A DNA stretch of 64,000 nucleotides from Bugula neritina (lineage: Eukaryota; Animalia; Bryozoa). Numbering within the stretch: position 1 is the stretch's first letter; the number at the start of each line of letters is the position of its first letter. Positions 16,157 to 29,623 of the stretch are shown here, piece after piece. The notes beneath the pieces are model-generated. The model worked only from the letters and a program-made list of their open reading frames with translations. It searched no databases and had not been told where the DNA came from. The stretch lies in contig OZ037768.1 in the NCBI GenBank assembly GCA_964035545.1, positions 12,719,675-12,783,674 of the forward strand, read 5' to 3'. The position numbers and the translations under genes are program-made.

Positions 16157-18196
16157 CAGGGTTGGGGTAATTGTAATTGGTTGTAATAAATTACATTTTT
16201 TCAAGTAATTGAATGTAATTTGTAATTAATAATTGTAATTAATTACATTGCCAATGTAATTGATTTTTACAATTACTATATAATTACATGTCAATTACTT
16301 CAAACTTAAAAAATGTCCTACTTATTCTACCATGCCTACTGTTGAATAACAAGTTCAGATTAGGTCTAGGTCAGTGGTTCCCAACCTGTGGGGAATTCTC
16401 CCTAGGGGGGAATTTGGACATTTTAGGGAGGATTTGGATTTTAAAAAATTCACGAACTTTGTTGAAGGCTTTTTGAGCTCTTGCACATTACATAAGTATA
16501 TATGCATATCTATAAATCTTTATCTTAGTTCATCTATTTAACCAACCCATATTCTGCAATCTTAGTTTACTTCTACATTAATGTGTTTATTAGTTACTCT
16601 ACCCTAACTGTTCTCTTCGCTATTTCCGATGGAGGTCAAAAAATTTGCAAAAACCAACAGGCCAACTTTTAGCAGCTATGCAAGTCAATTTCTATAAATT
16701 GTATGTACTACATACTTAGTGAATATAATATTTTCTACACTAAATAATCTGAACCTAAAAATGCAGGAAACCTGTTCTAATTTGAGGCAAAAATGACACA
16801 GGTAAAAATCGCACACTGGTGTTAAATTTTTCCAAACCCAAAAACCCAAACCTCCAAACTCCTTATTCTGAATGCCTAACCCCCAATTCAAATCTCCAAT
16901 GCTAAAGTTGAAAATGTGCCATTTTTATTTAATTTTTCCATTTGTGCCAATAATGCTACTTTTACCTGTGCCATTTTACCGGACACCACCTGTTCTCCCT
17001 GCTCTCATCTCTGAACTGTTAATGAAGTTTTAACAGTATTTCTCTAAGCTACCTCCCAAAAAGAAAGAGCTAGATTCTCAACTTGAAATGTGACCCATTG
17101 CAACGCTTTGTTGAAAAGTTTTTAGAGAAATCATAGGAGGATTTCATTGAGTTGGTTCACAATTCAGCAATGAAGGATGATTTGAAATCTTCTCCAATTG
17201 ATGGATTGTGGGTGGTGTCCAGTAGAAATGGTATAGGTAATAATGGCACAAATGGAAAAGTAGGTAAAAATGGCACATGTTTTCAATGTTGGGGTGGGGG
17301 TTTGGAGTTTAAAAAAAGGGTTTGAGGTAAGAATTTTAGGTTTGTACTTGAGGTTCTGGAGTTTGAGGGTGGGGGTTTGAGTTAGAGGGTGGGGGGTTTG
17401 GGTTCAAGGATTGGGGGTTTGAGTTTGGAAAAATTTAACATCAGTGTGCCATTTTTACATGTGCCATTTTGACCTAAAGTATTTCTGGGTTTCAACAAGC
17501 AAACTCTTCCCACACATAGCCGACAAATCAGAGTTTTGGTGCCATCTAGCACCACCTATCTGTGTGAGGTAAGATTCTCATCGATTCAAAGAGAAAAGAA
17601 ACTGCCTTAACCCGCAGAGTGACTTAAGATGGGCCTGGTCATAAACAGAGTCGGACTTAACCAAGATGGCACAAAAGCATCAACTGAAGCCATAACATTA
17701 ATAATTGGACTGCTCTGTGTTTTATAACACAAAAATAATGATAATATTACTATTAAGATAATTATATTATATGCAAAGATAATAGAACAAAATATATTGC
17801 ATTGTATCATATATTCTCATTCAGTAAGTCATAAAATCTTTTCGCTCTTTGAATGGAGGGGGGGGGGGAATTAATAGTCAACATTTATGAAAGAGGGGGA
17901 TAGTCTGAAAAAGGTTGGGAATCACTGGTCTAGGTAGTATAGTATCACTGTTGAGAACAAAGGAGGTTCACTCCTGTCAAAATTGCCCCTGGTATTTGGA
18001 CACTATAAGTGAGCTTGCAGAACTTCTATTTATTCCTTGTAAGAACAAAAGTAATTGTAATTAATTACATTGTCAAGTAATTGTAATTGTAATTAATTTC
18101 ATTAATTTTTATCTGTAATTATAATTGTAATTGTAATTGACAAATTTTGATGTAATTGTAATTAATTACATTCACATGTAATTGACCCCAACCCTG
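16157..18196. mobile_element. hAT-type MITE (TIR CAGGGTTGGGG, gtaatt-rich) carrying nested elements
   Basis: TIRs cagggttgggg/ccccaaccctg; 8-bp TSD GTACATAA at 16149-16156 and 18197-18204. Confidence 0.9.
16372..17927. mobile_element. Nested hAT (Charlie-like) non-autonomous element
   Basis: TIRs cagtggttcccaacct/aggttgggaatcactg; 8-bp TSD GTCTAGGT (CTAG core) at 16364-16371 and 17928-17935. It contains two oppositely oriented 'gtgccattttt' short repeats (~16,770-16,990 and ~17,210-17,480). Confidence 0.9.
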
Positions 18197-18789
18197 GTAC
18201 ATAACCAACCAGTGTTATTAGGTCAAAAGAACTGCCCAATCAGCTGTCTTCACACTTGTCACTTTGTAAACAAAATAACTAAATGCGTTTGCTGCAAAAA
18301 CTACTTCCTTTCCCACATCAACCTGATTTCTTGTGATGAAAAATAAAAGAAGTGAGGAGGCAACTTCAGGATGATAATTACTAGTTTCTTATGAGATATC
18401 ATAACCAGTAACATAAACCAAGGCTTGGGGAATAAACTGAAAGATAAGAAAAGAGTTTGGCAGGATAAACATACCTGACAAAAAGGTTAAGTTGAATTGG
18501 ACAAAAATGGAAGCAGAGAAAAGCTGAACTAGTTCTTGTGCCTGATGTCACAGCAAATGAATTGACAAATTTAATTGGTCAAAACAGTGTTATCCTATGC
18601 TATCACAGGACAGTTTTTCCACATTTCCACATATTCTTGCTTTGGCACGTGTTTGAATTTTAAGAATCGGAAAGTTCTGAAGTTGTCCCTACTTGATATA
18701 ATATAACAGACAAGTCTGAAGCATGGACTGCATTAGCTTACAAAATGTCATAGGAGGGACATAACTCCTACTATATACATAATACCTGT

Positions 18790-19511
18790 TCAGTTGAGTT
18801 GGTAGAATAGAACTTTTTTCTCATCAGATCTGGGTACAATCAACATGTCTTTATACACATGGAGATCAAATGATCTAATATCACTCTTAACAGTTGCCTC
18901 TTCTAGCATAGACATCTGTCTACCTACATTATAACCGGTTTACTACAGCCTAAATATAGTATATATCCAGAAATTGAAAGAAAACATACACGCGCCTACA
19001 TATTGTTTTAATATAATTTAGTTGAATGCTAACCACACTATATTCCAGAGTTGGAGTAGTTGCAATTTGTAATTGTAATTGATAGTAATTAATCACATTT
19101 TTTCAAATAATTGAATGTAATTAGTAATTGATGTGTAAAAACGTATATGTAATGTTCAACAATATCAGGAAACTCAAGCAAAAGATTTGGCCCTACATTC
19201 TCCTCCATTTGCCCATAAAAGCATTTCACAATAAAGTGAATTTATAGCAATTGTGACCATCACGTGGAAAAGCTGAGAAACCACAAAATAAACAGTCATC
19301 AACTGATTCAACAAAGAGTTATGGGAAGGAATTACCTCATCATGTTTTCTAAAAAATAGTTTACTGCACACAGTGCAGTAGATCACTGCTGGTACTTTCT
19401 CTATCCCTTTCTTTGTGCAGATGGCACATGTCACAGAGTTGTCCTCTACATCAGCAGAAGGCAGGCTTTCTACACTAACGTCAAATACTTCCCCAAAGAA
19501 CAACACATAGG
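18790..19511 (-). pseudogene. B-box/TRIM-like gene remnant, copy 1 (B-box exon 19511-19336; terminal exon 18923-18790)
   Basis: One exon encodes CAICTKKGIEKVPAVIYCTVCSKLFFRKHDE|gt, a B-box pattern with the last Cys replaced by Phe. The other encodes ...FDLHVYKDMLIVPRSDEKKVLFYQLN*, resembling a beta-propeller C-terminus. The phases are incompatible (0 vs 1). Confidence 0.6.
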
Positions 19512-19879
19512 CTGAATAAAACTTCTGAAATGATCATTCTGGATACATTACAATAGAGTGGCACTTGATACTTTTTATAATTGTTAGAAATCTAAATGTT
19601 GCTTAAATTTACTTAGCATGGATTCTATTTGTTTTATAATGACTATGCAATGTTTTGTTACTTGCTAAAATATATAATCTAATGTAAATGTGTTTCCAGC
19701 TGTCAATGTGCAGCACATGCTACCCAAGAATCACTATGCAAAAGTGTACCTTCGTTTTAGATTACACGTTCACCTGACTGCTAATTATATTTTTAAACAA
19801 TAAAGAAAATCACAATTTTTGAAAAATAAATTGCCTACAAATAAATAGTAAAATTAAATTTAAAGCTTAGTTGGTTAGT

Positions 19880-20170
19880 AGTAATTATAATATTAATACT
19901 AACTATTAGCAGTAACAGTAGTAGCAGTAGACCTAGTACTAGTAGTAGTGTAGTAGTATTACTATTACCATTACTATTAGTATAAGTGTTAGTAATAGCA
20001 GTAACAGTAGTAGCAGTAGACCTAGTACTAGTAGTAGTGTAGTAGTATTACTATTACCATTACTATTAGTATAAGTGTTAGTAATAGCAGTAACAGCAGC
20101 AGTACTACAACTACTACTACTAGCGATAATAGTACTAGTACTAGTAGTAGTAGCAGTAGTACTACCGTAC
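19880..20170. repeat. (AGT/ACT)n low-complexity tract
   Basis: tagtag/tactac runs with an internal direct duplication. Confidence 0.9.
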
Positions 20171-21074
20171 CAGAACTAGAACTGAGGGTGAGACTGAGAG
20201 CAGACTCAGACTGTAGACTGTGTAGAGTGTCAGTGTAACTGTAGAGTTGGAGTACCCTTAGACGACGACATAGTTTTAGTCTAGTAGAAAATTAATTACT
20301 GAGTAGTAACTTACCAGTAACACATACTTATAGAGATAGCAATTACATTTACTGTATCGATATAACTACGCAAGGGTTGCAGAATTGCTAACATTCAGTA
20401 TAAATTATTTATCAGTTTGACTTGAAAGCAAAAATTTAGGTTTATGTTTACACGTGCTGGAAAGCACTGAACTGAAACTATAAGTTCAATTATAGTTCAA
20501 TGCTGGAAAGCTCTTGCGTTTGTTGAGAGAAGATAACTCCGGTTACTTTGAAATTGCATAAATCATTTCTCATAGCTACATAAGTTACATCTATTGGATA
20601 AGTTTGAGTACGATTAACAAATTTTTAAAATATTCTATTTTAGGCTGAATTTTGTGTTGTTTTCTCTTTAAGTCCAGATGTGTCTGCTGAGCTATGTTGG
20701 CTTTTTCTGTATGTAAATGCTTATACAAAGACTTAATATACTAAGCAACTGTGAGTTGTGACAAGACATGACAATGACTCCAGCCAATCATCGCTATGAG
20801 AAATATGTAATTGTAAAACAATCGGGGTTATCCTCCCTTAGCAAACGCAAAAAAGCATAAAAGTAAGTTTTGCTTGCGCATTTAACGGACGCTAGTTAAG
20901 ACATCCCAGCGTAGAAATACACAAATAATGTAAATTCCATAACAAAATCACTCAACCGTACACCGCGACGACCTGATAAGTGTAGCTTGCATTACGCGAA
21001 ACAAATTTATAGTCGATTTAAGCCCCCTGAATGAATATTATATTCAAGTTTATTATATCCGAAATAGTATCAAT

Positions 21075-21164
<90 letters not shown>

Positions 21165-21165
<1 letters not shown>

Positions 21166-21648
21166 AAGGAATCCACCATCGAAAAGTAGTTGAAGCTCTC
21201 TACATTAAACAAATAAAACCGCAACTCAATAAACAAAATTACTCCATACCACTAAAACTATATCAATAGCTCCACACTACTCAACTCTCACATAGTTTCA
21301 CTAATTCTTGCTGTTTTTATATTTGGATATCTATATTTTTTTTTATTAACTCTAATTTATTTTTTATGCAAAAAAATCAGTATAATTTTTGACCTGCGTC
21401 ATATATAAAATAAGATTATCTTCCTAAGTTTCAATAATTTACAATAACTGCCACTCTCTATTCTTTGTGTCATGCATAACGTCTAACGTAACATACTAAT
21501 TTTTGAATTTCATTCATTGCTACTCTGAAGATGGGTACAGTGGTACCCGAAATATCAGTGTAATTACTTTACCTAATAAAGTAAAAAAACAACAATGTTT
21601 TTCGTATACCTATTTATAATCAAATTGCTAAGCTAGTAAAGGTATATT

Positions 21649-21650
<2 letters not shown>
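21165..21650 (+). mobile_element. 3' end of a Penelope-like retroelement (GIY-YIG C-terminus + pLTR) in (TA)n
   Basis: 21165-21269 encodes KGIHHRKVVEALYIKQIKPQLNKQNYSIPLKLYQ*, the E-A-L-Y-I...P-x-L-N motif of PLE GIY-YIG endonucleases. A hammerhead core and AATAAA follow. Absent from unit 2. Confidence 0.85.
21519..21562 (+). ncRNA. Minimal type I hammerhead ribozyme (PLE-type)
   Basis: CTGAAGA (21525-31), stem II GGGTAC-agtg-GTACCC, then GAAA-TATC; short stem I tact/agtg. Confidence 0.75.
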
Positions 21651-21712
<62 letters not shown>

Positions 21713-21715
21713 TGT

Positions 21716-21869
<154 letters not shown>

Positions 21870-21950
21870 TGACAGTTTTTGGATATGTGTTCGTAGTGAT
21901 CAGTTGTATTCTTTCCAAACAAAGATATTTTAGCGAGCTTTAAGTACAAT

Positions 21951-22543
<593 letters not shown>

Positions 22544-22928
22544 TATCTTTGCTGTTTGCTTTTGTTTGAATCACCACCCTTTTTCTTTTGACCAAATTCA
22601 TTTTGAAATCTTTTAAAAGCTACATGGTAATGTTACTAGTATGCTTTGCAGCAGTATAAATTTCTCCCGTCTTTGTTTAATTTGCATGTAAGACATTCAA
22701 TAAGCTATTAGGAGTGCTTTTGTTATTCAATTCTGTTTCAATTAGTTCTAACTGGAAAAAACAAAGAAAAGTAGTGTTTATGTCAATTAAAAACAACTTA
22801 GCAGTTTATAGGTTCTGCTCTGGTTTTCTAAAGCATATTGAACTCTATTAAATCAGATATATTCATCATTTTATATAGTATAATACTCTATATTCCCACT
22901 GGAATTAACTTAAAATGTCACAAAGTAG

Positions 22929-23500
22929 AAGAGTTGGGCTAATATTATAATTTGTGATTGCAATTGGTTGTAATTATAACTATATTCTTTCAAGTAATTG
23001 AATATAATCTGTAATTGATGTATAAAAAGATAATTTTCATTGTTATAATTGTAACTAATTACATATCTAACGTAATTGATTATTACACTTACTTTATAAT
23101 TACATGTCAATTACTTCAAAGTATTAAGTTTTTGAACATGTAATACTTTTCCTACTATGTCTTCTGCTAAATAACAACTATAGACAAGTTTAGATTTGTT
23201 CAACTTGGTATTGTATCATCCTATAAATTACTGTTTGGAACAACGGAGGTTCTCTACTGCCAAAATTGCTTGAGTATTTAAACCACAGAAGTGAGACTGT
23301 ATATATAACTCTTATTTATTCTTTGTGAGAACAAAAGATATTGTAATTGCATGCCATAATTAATTAAATTACCATGTAATTGTGATTATAATTATTAATC
23401 ACATCATTTTTAAATGTAATTATAATTATAATTGTAATTGACAAGTTTCATGTAATTGTAATTGTTATTAATTACCTTCATGTAATTGACCCCTACCTTG
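22929..23500. mobile_element. hAT-type MITE, same family as 16157-18196 but without the nested insert
   Basis: Degenerate TIRs aagagttggg/cccctaccttg, TSD caaagtag/ccaagtag, same gtaatt-rich body. Confidence 0.8.
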
Positions 23501-26375
23501 CCAAGTAGGGTATAGTGTAATCATTTCAGTGAGATCAGAACTTAAACCTTTGCATTTTAAAACAGCACACTTTAGCTAAAAATAATTATTATATATTATT
23601 CATATGTGCTCTGTTAATCAAAAGGCTATATCGATTGCCTGCAGTCTCTTGACATATATAGAACAACTTTTTTGTACACAAAAACAAGAGTTCAGTAGAA
23701 TGTATAAAGATATATCGTGATGAGGCTGCAACTCAAGGAATTGCAATTAGATTGTTCTTCTTTGATAGAAATATAATAGTTTAAAGATTTCTTCTCAAAC
23801 TTTACATGTGTACAGCTAAACATGGGGCAGCGTCAACTTCACACAAGTCATTAATAATGCTCAATCATTACAATTTAATTGAGTTCTGTGATTGTTGATG
23901 ATGGCGGCTGACAATTGACTTAGGCCTCAGGTTATCAGCTAAATACTTAGTGCTAATACTCTACCATATAACTGTTATAACCCAACACCCTGATATGTTT
24001 GGCCTCCCCACCATCATTCTATTGTTACAATGTAATTGTATTAATTTGTATTATGTGTATACTCTGTAACATATGTTATAGTAATTAGTGTACTTGGTTA
24101 TATAATATTTTGTGCCTAAGCATTACTTATGCTAATATAGTAGTACATTCTCTGGCTTATGGTTTGAAACCGATTAAAGATTATCTACCACTCGAAACTA
24201 ATCCAAACTTCCTTATCTCAATATCTGTTTTTCCACAAACAATTACAATAACAATTACAAAACATTGGAATACTCACATAAACAGTGATGAAACCCTAAA
24301 CCCTAGACTTCCAACCTGAAACCTTAAACCTCTAACCTACAACCGTTGAACCTCCCATCTCACAAATCGAACCCAAAACCCTATCCTCAAATTCAAACGA
24401 TTACCTTTGTCGTCATTGCCTGTGCCATTTTTACCTGTTCCATTTTTGCTTAACACCGGTGCAATCCTTATGCCATACATGCTCAATCAAGTTACGACCT
24501 CAGCAGGGGTCAGGTATGAGAATCAATTCTTAAGCCATACTGGATGGACTGCTCTCATGTATTGATTGTTTGGTGTAAAATTAGCAGCACCAGCATTCCT
24601 ACCTGAGTGTCATTTATCTGTCAATGATTTTTCTTTGAGTTACTTTTTTTAAGAACTAAAGGATTCGCACTTACATTAACTTTGCTTTTTATTTCACCCA
24701 ACCTTTTGCTTACCAAATTTAGATCATAGTATTTCACCTTGTATTAATTTAATTCAACTGAGAGATGTTTCTTAGAAATACTATATTATAATAGAATGTA
24801 CTCGATTATCAGATAATACCAGCTCAGGCTTTCAATAGTCGCTAAACACTCCTGTCAACAAATCCACTATAATGCAACGCCTTGTATCACTCTTAGGTCA
24901 TTAAACAACCAGCCATTAAATTTTAGGCAAATTTTCTACTCCTGTATCTTCATATATACAGGCTTCATAGGAAAAAAGCCAATATTTTAGGCACATATTG
25001 TCACTCACTCTTTCTCTTCTCATATGTTTAATGCTCAATAAAGCATATTACAATAATACTACATATACTAATAACACAAGATTTTTTACATTCAAAGAAA
25101 ACAAATCAACACCTATTGTGTGAGATAGTTATGCTGGTACAGGAGGTGGTAGCAGTGATCCCTTTTTCGTTCAACTTCTGTTTTTTGGCAGAATGAACAT
25201 GATTTACATTTCTCCTCTATAAGGTTTCAATGGAGACTGTTAAGTACAACGAACATATCTTTCCAATGCAGCTGGCAGCCACAATCAGTTGTGCATAACT
25301 TTAGTAGACATTTTCCAGCTACATTTATTTGAGATTATTGTTATTAATAAATGTTACTCTGGTTATGTTTAAAATCCAATGTAATTACAACAGGTGCTTA
25401 AGCACACTGTATGCTAATATTATAATTACATTGCTATGAATATATTGTAATTAAATAGATTGTCATTACATATTAAACACAACAACTTTATAATTATAAT
25501 ATTTCTTGGAGCAATAACTACTAAAAATACGTCACAATTACCTATGTATATAAATACTGAGTGGTGCCATCACACTTAGAGAATCATAATAACCAATTTA
25601 TCAAATCAATATTTGCCAAGCAGATATCTTTTGATAATTGTAATAACTCTGCTACACAAACTGAAAAATTTATTTTCATCAGTTTAGAAAGCACAAACTA
25701 TTTATTTTCAATTATTGGTTTTGTTGTAAAATTAGACTGACATTTTCAATTTCAGACATTTTTGTCACTATAATAGCTGTTTTAGAATTTTCTATAATCA
25801 TACTTATCCATGACTGGTGTTTGGTATTGAATATAATTAGTGTGGTTCACCATACCCATTAACAATACATGCAAAAGTCATTTATGTAGAAATGTCAATG
25901 AGCAGGAAAGGTTGATTTGTGTACATTTATTTCTTGAGTAACAAAAGACAGTTTATCCATAAATATTGTAAAGCGAAAAAGAAACACTATGCTGCTGTAT
26001 AAATAAATAGATAACCAGATGTATATAACTTTACAGCAAGTCATTTAAATAGACAATTAACATCATCTTAAAATAGCTAAGGTTAGCTATTGTATCTCAA
26101 AAACAGGAATAAAATTATCGTTGTTTGCTAAAATGCTGCTGAGTAAATTGCTTTACAACATTAAATTACAAATATTTCTACAAAGTCAAACGTGTTTAAT
26201 TTCCCATATCAAAGCAAACCCAAAAGTAAGTGAAAAATTGAACTTGGACAACGCAAACGCAAAGACATGCAAAATTTTAAATCTATCAAAAGTTTTAAGT
26301 CAGAATAATAGTTCTAGCAATCAGCCTAATGAAAAAGAATGTTATGTTTTCAATGTAATATAAGTTAAAGAGTAT

Positions 26376-29300
26376 TAGTCTAGAAGTAACCTCCCAAAAA
26401 GTGCTCAAAAAATTGACTTATTACACTTTACTAGGTGACCACTCAAAAAAAATTGTTTTAGATTAAAATTTTGTGCTGATTCTGAATCTACAAACTTTAA
26501 AATTCTATCTTCACCCAAACTCAAGCTATTGCAAAAAACAAACCGACATCTTGAATGAGTCATGATAAAAAGAAATGTGGATTGTGCAAAACAGTATCCA
26601 ATTTTACCAAGCTCTCTTGAAGAAAGAATATTTGCTAAAATATAAAAATAATTGCCTCTTACCTAGAATTCTATGCTGATGCTGAATTTAAAGACTGCAA
26701 GACGCTATCTCAAATTAAAACCAAGTTGTTTACGTAAACATATATGTTTGTTATGTATCGACATATTGCATGCAGCGTAAGCATACAGAATAATGGTATG
26801 ACCAAGCCATTTATACAAAAACAAAAACAAAGTCATGCTGATGTGTGAAAAAACTATATTTATAAAATTATAGCACAAAATAAATGTTGAAATGAATAAA
26901 TATTGAAATCTTTTGAACACAGCCCAAGTGAATCATTTGCTAGTCTGTCAGTAGCCGTTAAACATCTACAAAAATCAACAAGTATCTGTAAAATTATTTA
27001 GAGAAACAGAAGCATGAGAGATGATCAAAATTGAATTGTTTGCAGCAAAATATATAACAAATGTCTAACAAAAGTGCTTTATTAAGAAAAAGTATTCTCG
27101 TCACCATTGTCACTGTCGTCAGTCTCATCAGCTTCTTCTTCCCCAATATAGCGCTTCTTTTCAGACAATCCTTACATTGACAAGCATCAGCGAATGCACT
27201 GCATTTGAGACTTCTGGCATCCACATCTTGATATGTTGCAGCCGGTCTTACAGGAGCAGTTCAAACTTTGCAAAATACATGTTCAGGTGCGGGAGCTTGA
27301 ATCATCCACTTTATATTTATGCTGCCATGATTCTCAACAATCTACCCATAATGTTCTGGGGTGGTCCATCAATATAGGCTGTTGTCGATCACCCTTCTCC
27401 AAATGGCTGCCTGATAATTTGCTCTTTTCAAGTGCAAATTTAATTCATCTTTCGTTTGAGGCAAACTGTATTGAGTTATTTTAGATGGTGAAGGAAATAC
27501 AGTGTATTGGACATTATCTGTATTTGAATTTTCTGCTCCATAAAGTTTACAAACAAATTGTTCTACTTTAGCTTGAAATACTTTTCGAGGTGTTCAAAGC
27601 TTCCCATACATTCTGGATGTTTTCTTAAAAGAGAGTAGGCTGTGCGCTATCCTTTTTCATAAAAAGCACTATAGTCGAATCACAACCTGTTAAAGCATGA
27701 AATCTAGTAAGTTCTGCACACAACTGCGGTCAGGATTTATTTGCTGCAATGTTGACATCCAAATACCTAATATGATTATGATTTCTTCCATATATTAATA
27801 TTATCTATATAACTGTTGTATTGATTGCTAAATAGCTATAATATGCTAACAGCTATAATAGCTAACATGAATTATTTAGAATAATATTCTATTATTTTTA
27901 CAAATTTGTGTGGGACAAAAAGTAGTAATATACATTATTAATAGACACCATCTTTAATAGATACTTATTAACAAAATGTCTTTTCAAACAACGTACAAGA
28001 TGTATAAAATATACAAAATTAATAAGTTAAGGCAGATCAAAGGAATTAATTTATGTGCTAAATAACAAGCAATTAATCCAATTTTATTTGAATATACACA
28101 TATTTTAATAATATTAAAACGGATTGCACATAAAAACACATTTTACCAAAATAAATAACTAGCGTCTAAGTAGGCAAATTAGCCTAACCTCTATCTGGGA
28201 TGATACCACGATTACGACACCTGCGAAAAAATATAATTGGCAAAAAGGTAATGTCTAGCAAATATAGCGAGAATTAAGATGAAAACATCTGTGTCTTGGG
28301 CTTATGATGTTCATAAGATATTTTGCATGTAACAAAGTTTGTGTACCTGCTTCCTCGTGATCTGATTGTAAGCAGTTGAGTTCTGTTTTCTTAGGAATTC
28401 CACCATGTTTGAAAAAATCTAACTGAATGCAATTTTTGTTTGGTATGCAACAGCTATAATAACAGTATTGTTCTCTAAAGTATTTCTACTCCATTTTTCA
28501 CACAAAAATGCACCAGTCTCTAATGCAGCTTGTTCTATTTGCTAATAAAAAAATAATTTTGTGACAAATGACACACATGAAAAAAGTACATGCCTATAAT
28601 TTTTGAATAGGACAGTCCAAGATCATTTTTTTATAATGGGCTGCTTAAATATAACCATATACCTATATATAAAATTATAGGAAAACTTTAGGGTATTTCT
28701 TTTGTAACTATAACTGAGCTAAATTGACTCTAGAGTCATTATATTAAGATAGTATAAAAATATGCATTTTAACCAATAGCATTGTTTTAAAAACCAAATT
28801 GCTTATGTATATATAGTTCAGCTTAAATTTGTTGGCAAAGCTCAATCGTACACATTTAAAAATATTATCTTCCGAAATCTAGACCAACCTGCTCATGCTT
28901 CTCATTACTTTTTGCAAAAGTAGTTATTATAAAAAAAATCGTGAAGAAAATCATTATCAGACACAGATTAACTTATAATTTGGCTCTTTCATAGCTAATC
29001 AAAAATAATGTTTGCTTTATTACTAAAATACCCATTCCTTTGCTTGTTTTCGTCCATATAGTCTACATTTTTTCAGATGTTTTCACAAGAAAATCACCAG
29101 AATTAAACTCAGAGAAGTGAAAAACACATCTATGATTATCTGCAAAAGTTTTTGCTTGTATATATAATAAACTAGCTTCAACAATTTCAAGATAATACTC
29201 AACAGATTTGGACAAAGCTATGGGGAAACAACTCCTGTAAAATTTTAAAGAGCTTTTGTGACTCACTAGGTCGACAGAGAAATTTAGAGTTTTTATAACA

Positions 29301-29584
29301 AAAAAAGTGAGAAAAGTATCTATAATTATCAGCAAAATTATTTTGCTTATATAAAATAAATTAGCTTTAATAATTTAAAGATATTTAGCAAACTCACAAA
29401 AACATTGAGAGAAGACAACTCCTAAAAAGTTTAAAGCGCTTTTATGGCTTACTGGGTGCACAGAACAGTCTAGAGTTTTCACAGATTGATTAAGACCTTT
29501 AAAACTCTCCATTTCTAAAAAAAGTGCGTGGCCACCTTTAGGAGTGTATTGAGTAAAAGATAATTGGAGGTTACTTCTAGACTA
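26376..29584 (-). mobile_element. AcademX DNA transposon (internally deleted, decayed)
   Basis: 19-bp TIR TAGTCTAGAAGTAACCTCC with TAG...CTA termini and 3-bp TSD TAT (26373-75, 29585-87). It holds XPG-like and Cys-rich ORF remnants, which fit AcademX. Confidence 0.8.
27160..28390 (-). pseudogene. Academ protein C-terminal remnant: XPG/FEN-like nuclease + Cys-rich finger
   Basis: Fragments LQSDHEEAGT..LLHA, DTDVFIL, FHALTGCD..SAFYEKG, LPQTKDELNLHLKRANYQAAIW and CSCKTGC..SRCGCQK..C..ACQC, with stops, frameshifts and an intron. Confidence 0.8.
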
Positions 29585-29623
29585 TATAATATATTATATT
29601 CATCTAAGCTTGAAGTACAAGAG

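Noticed and set aside
20355-20362. TATCGATA (DRE-like) promoter motif near a possible 5' exon
   Set aside because: A single 8-mer with no transcript evidence and an unknown taxon.
24290-24345. Telomere-like aaccct repeats
   Set aside because: Irregular and embedded in the dispersed 'gtgccattttt' repeat family.
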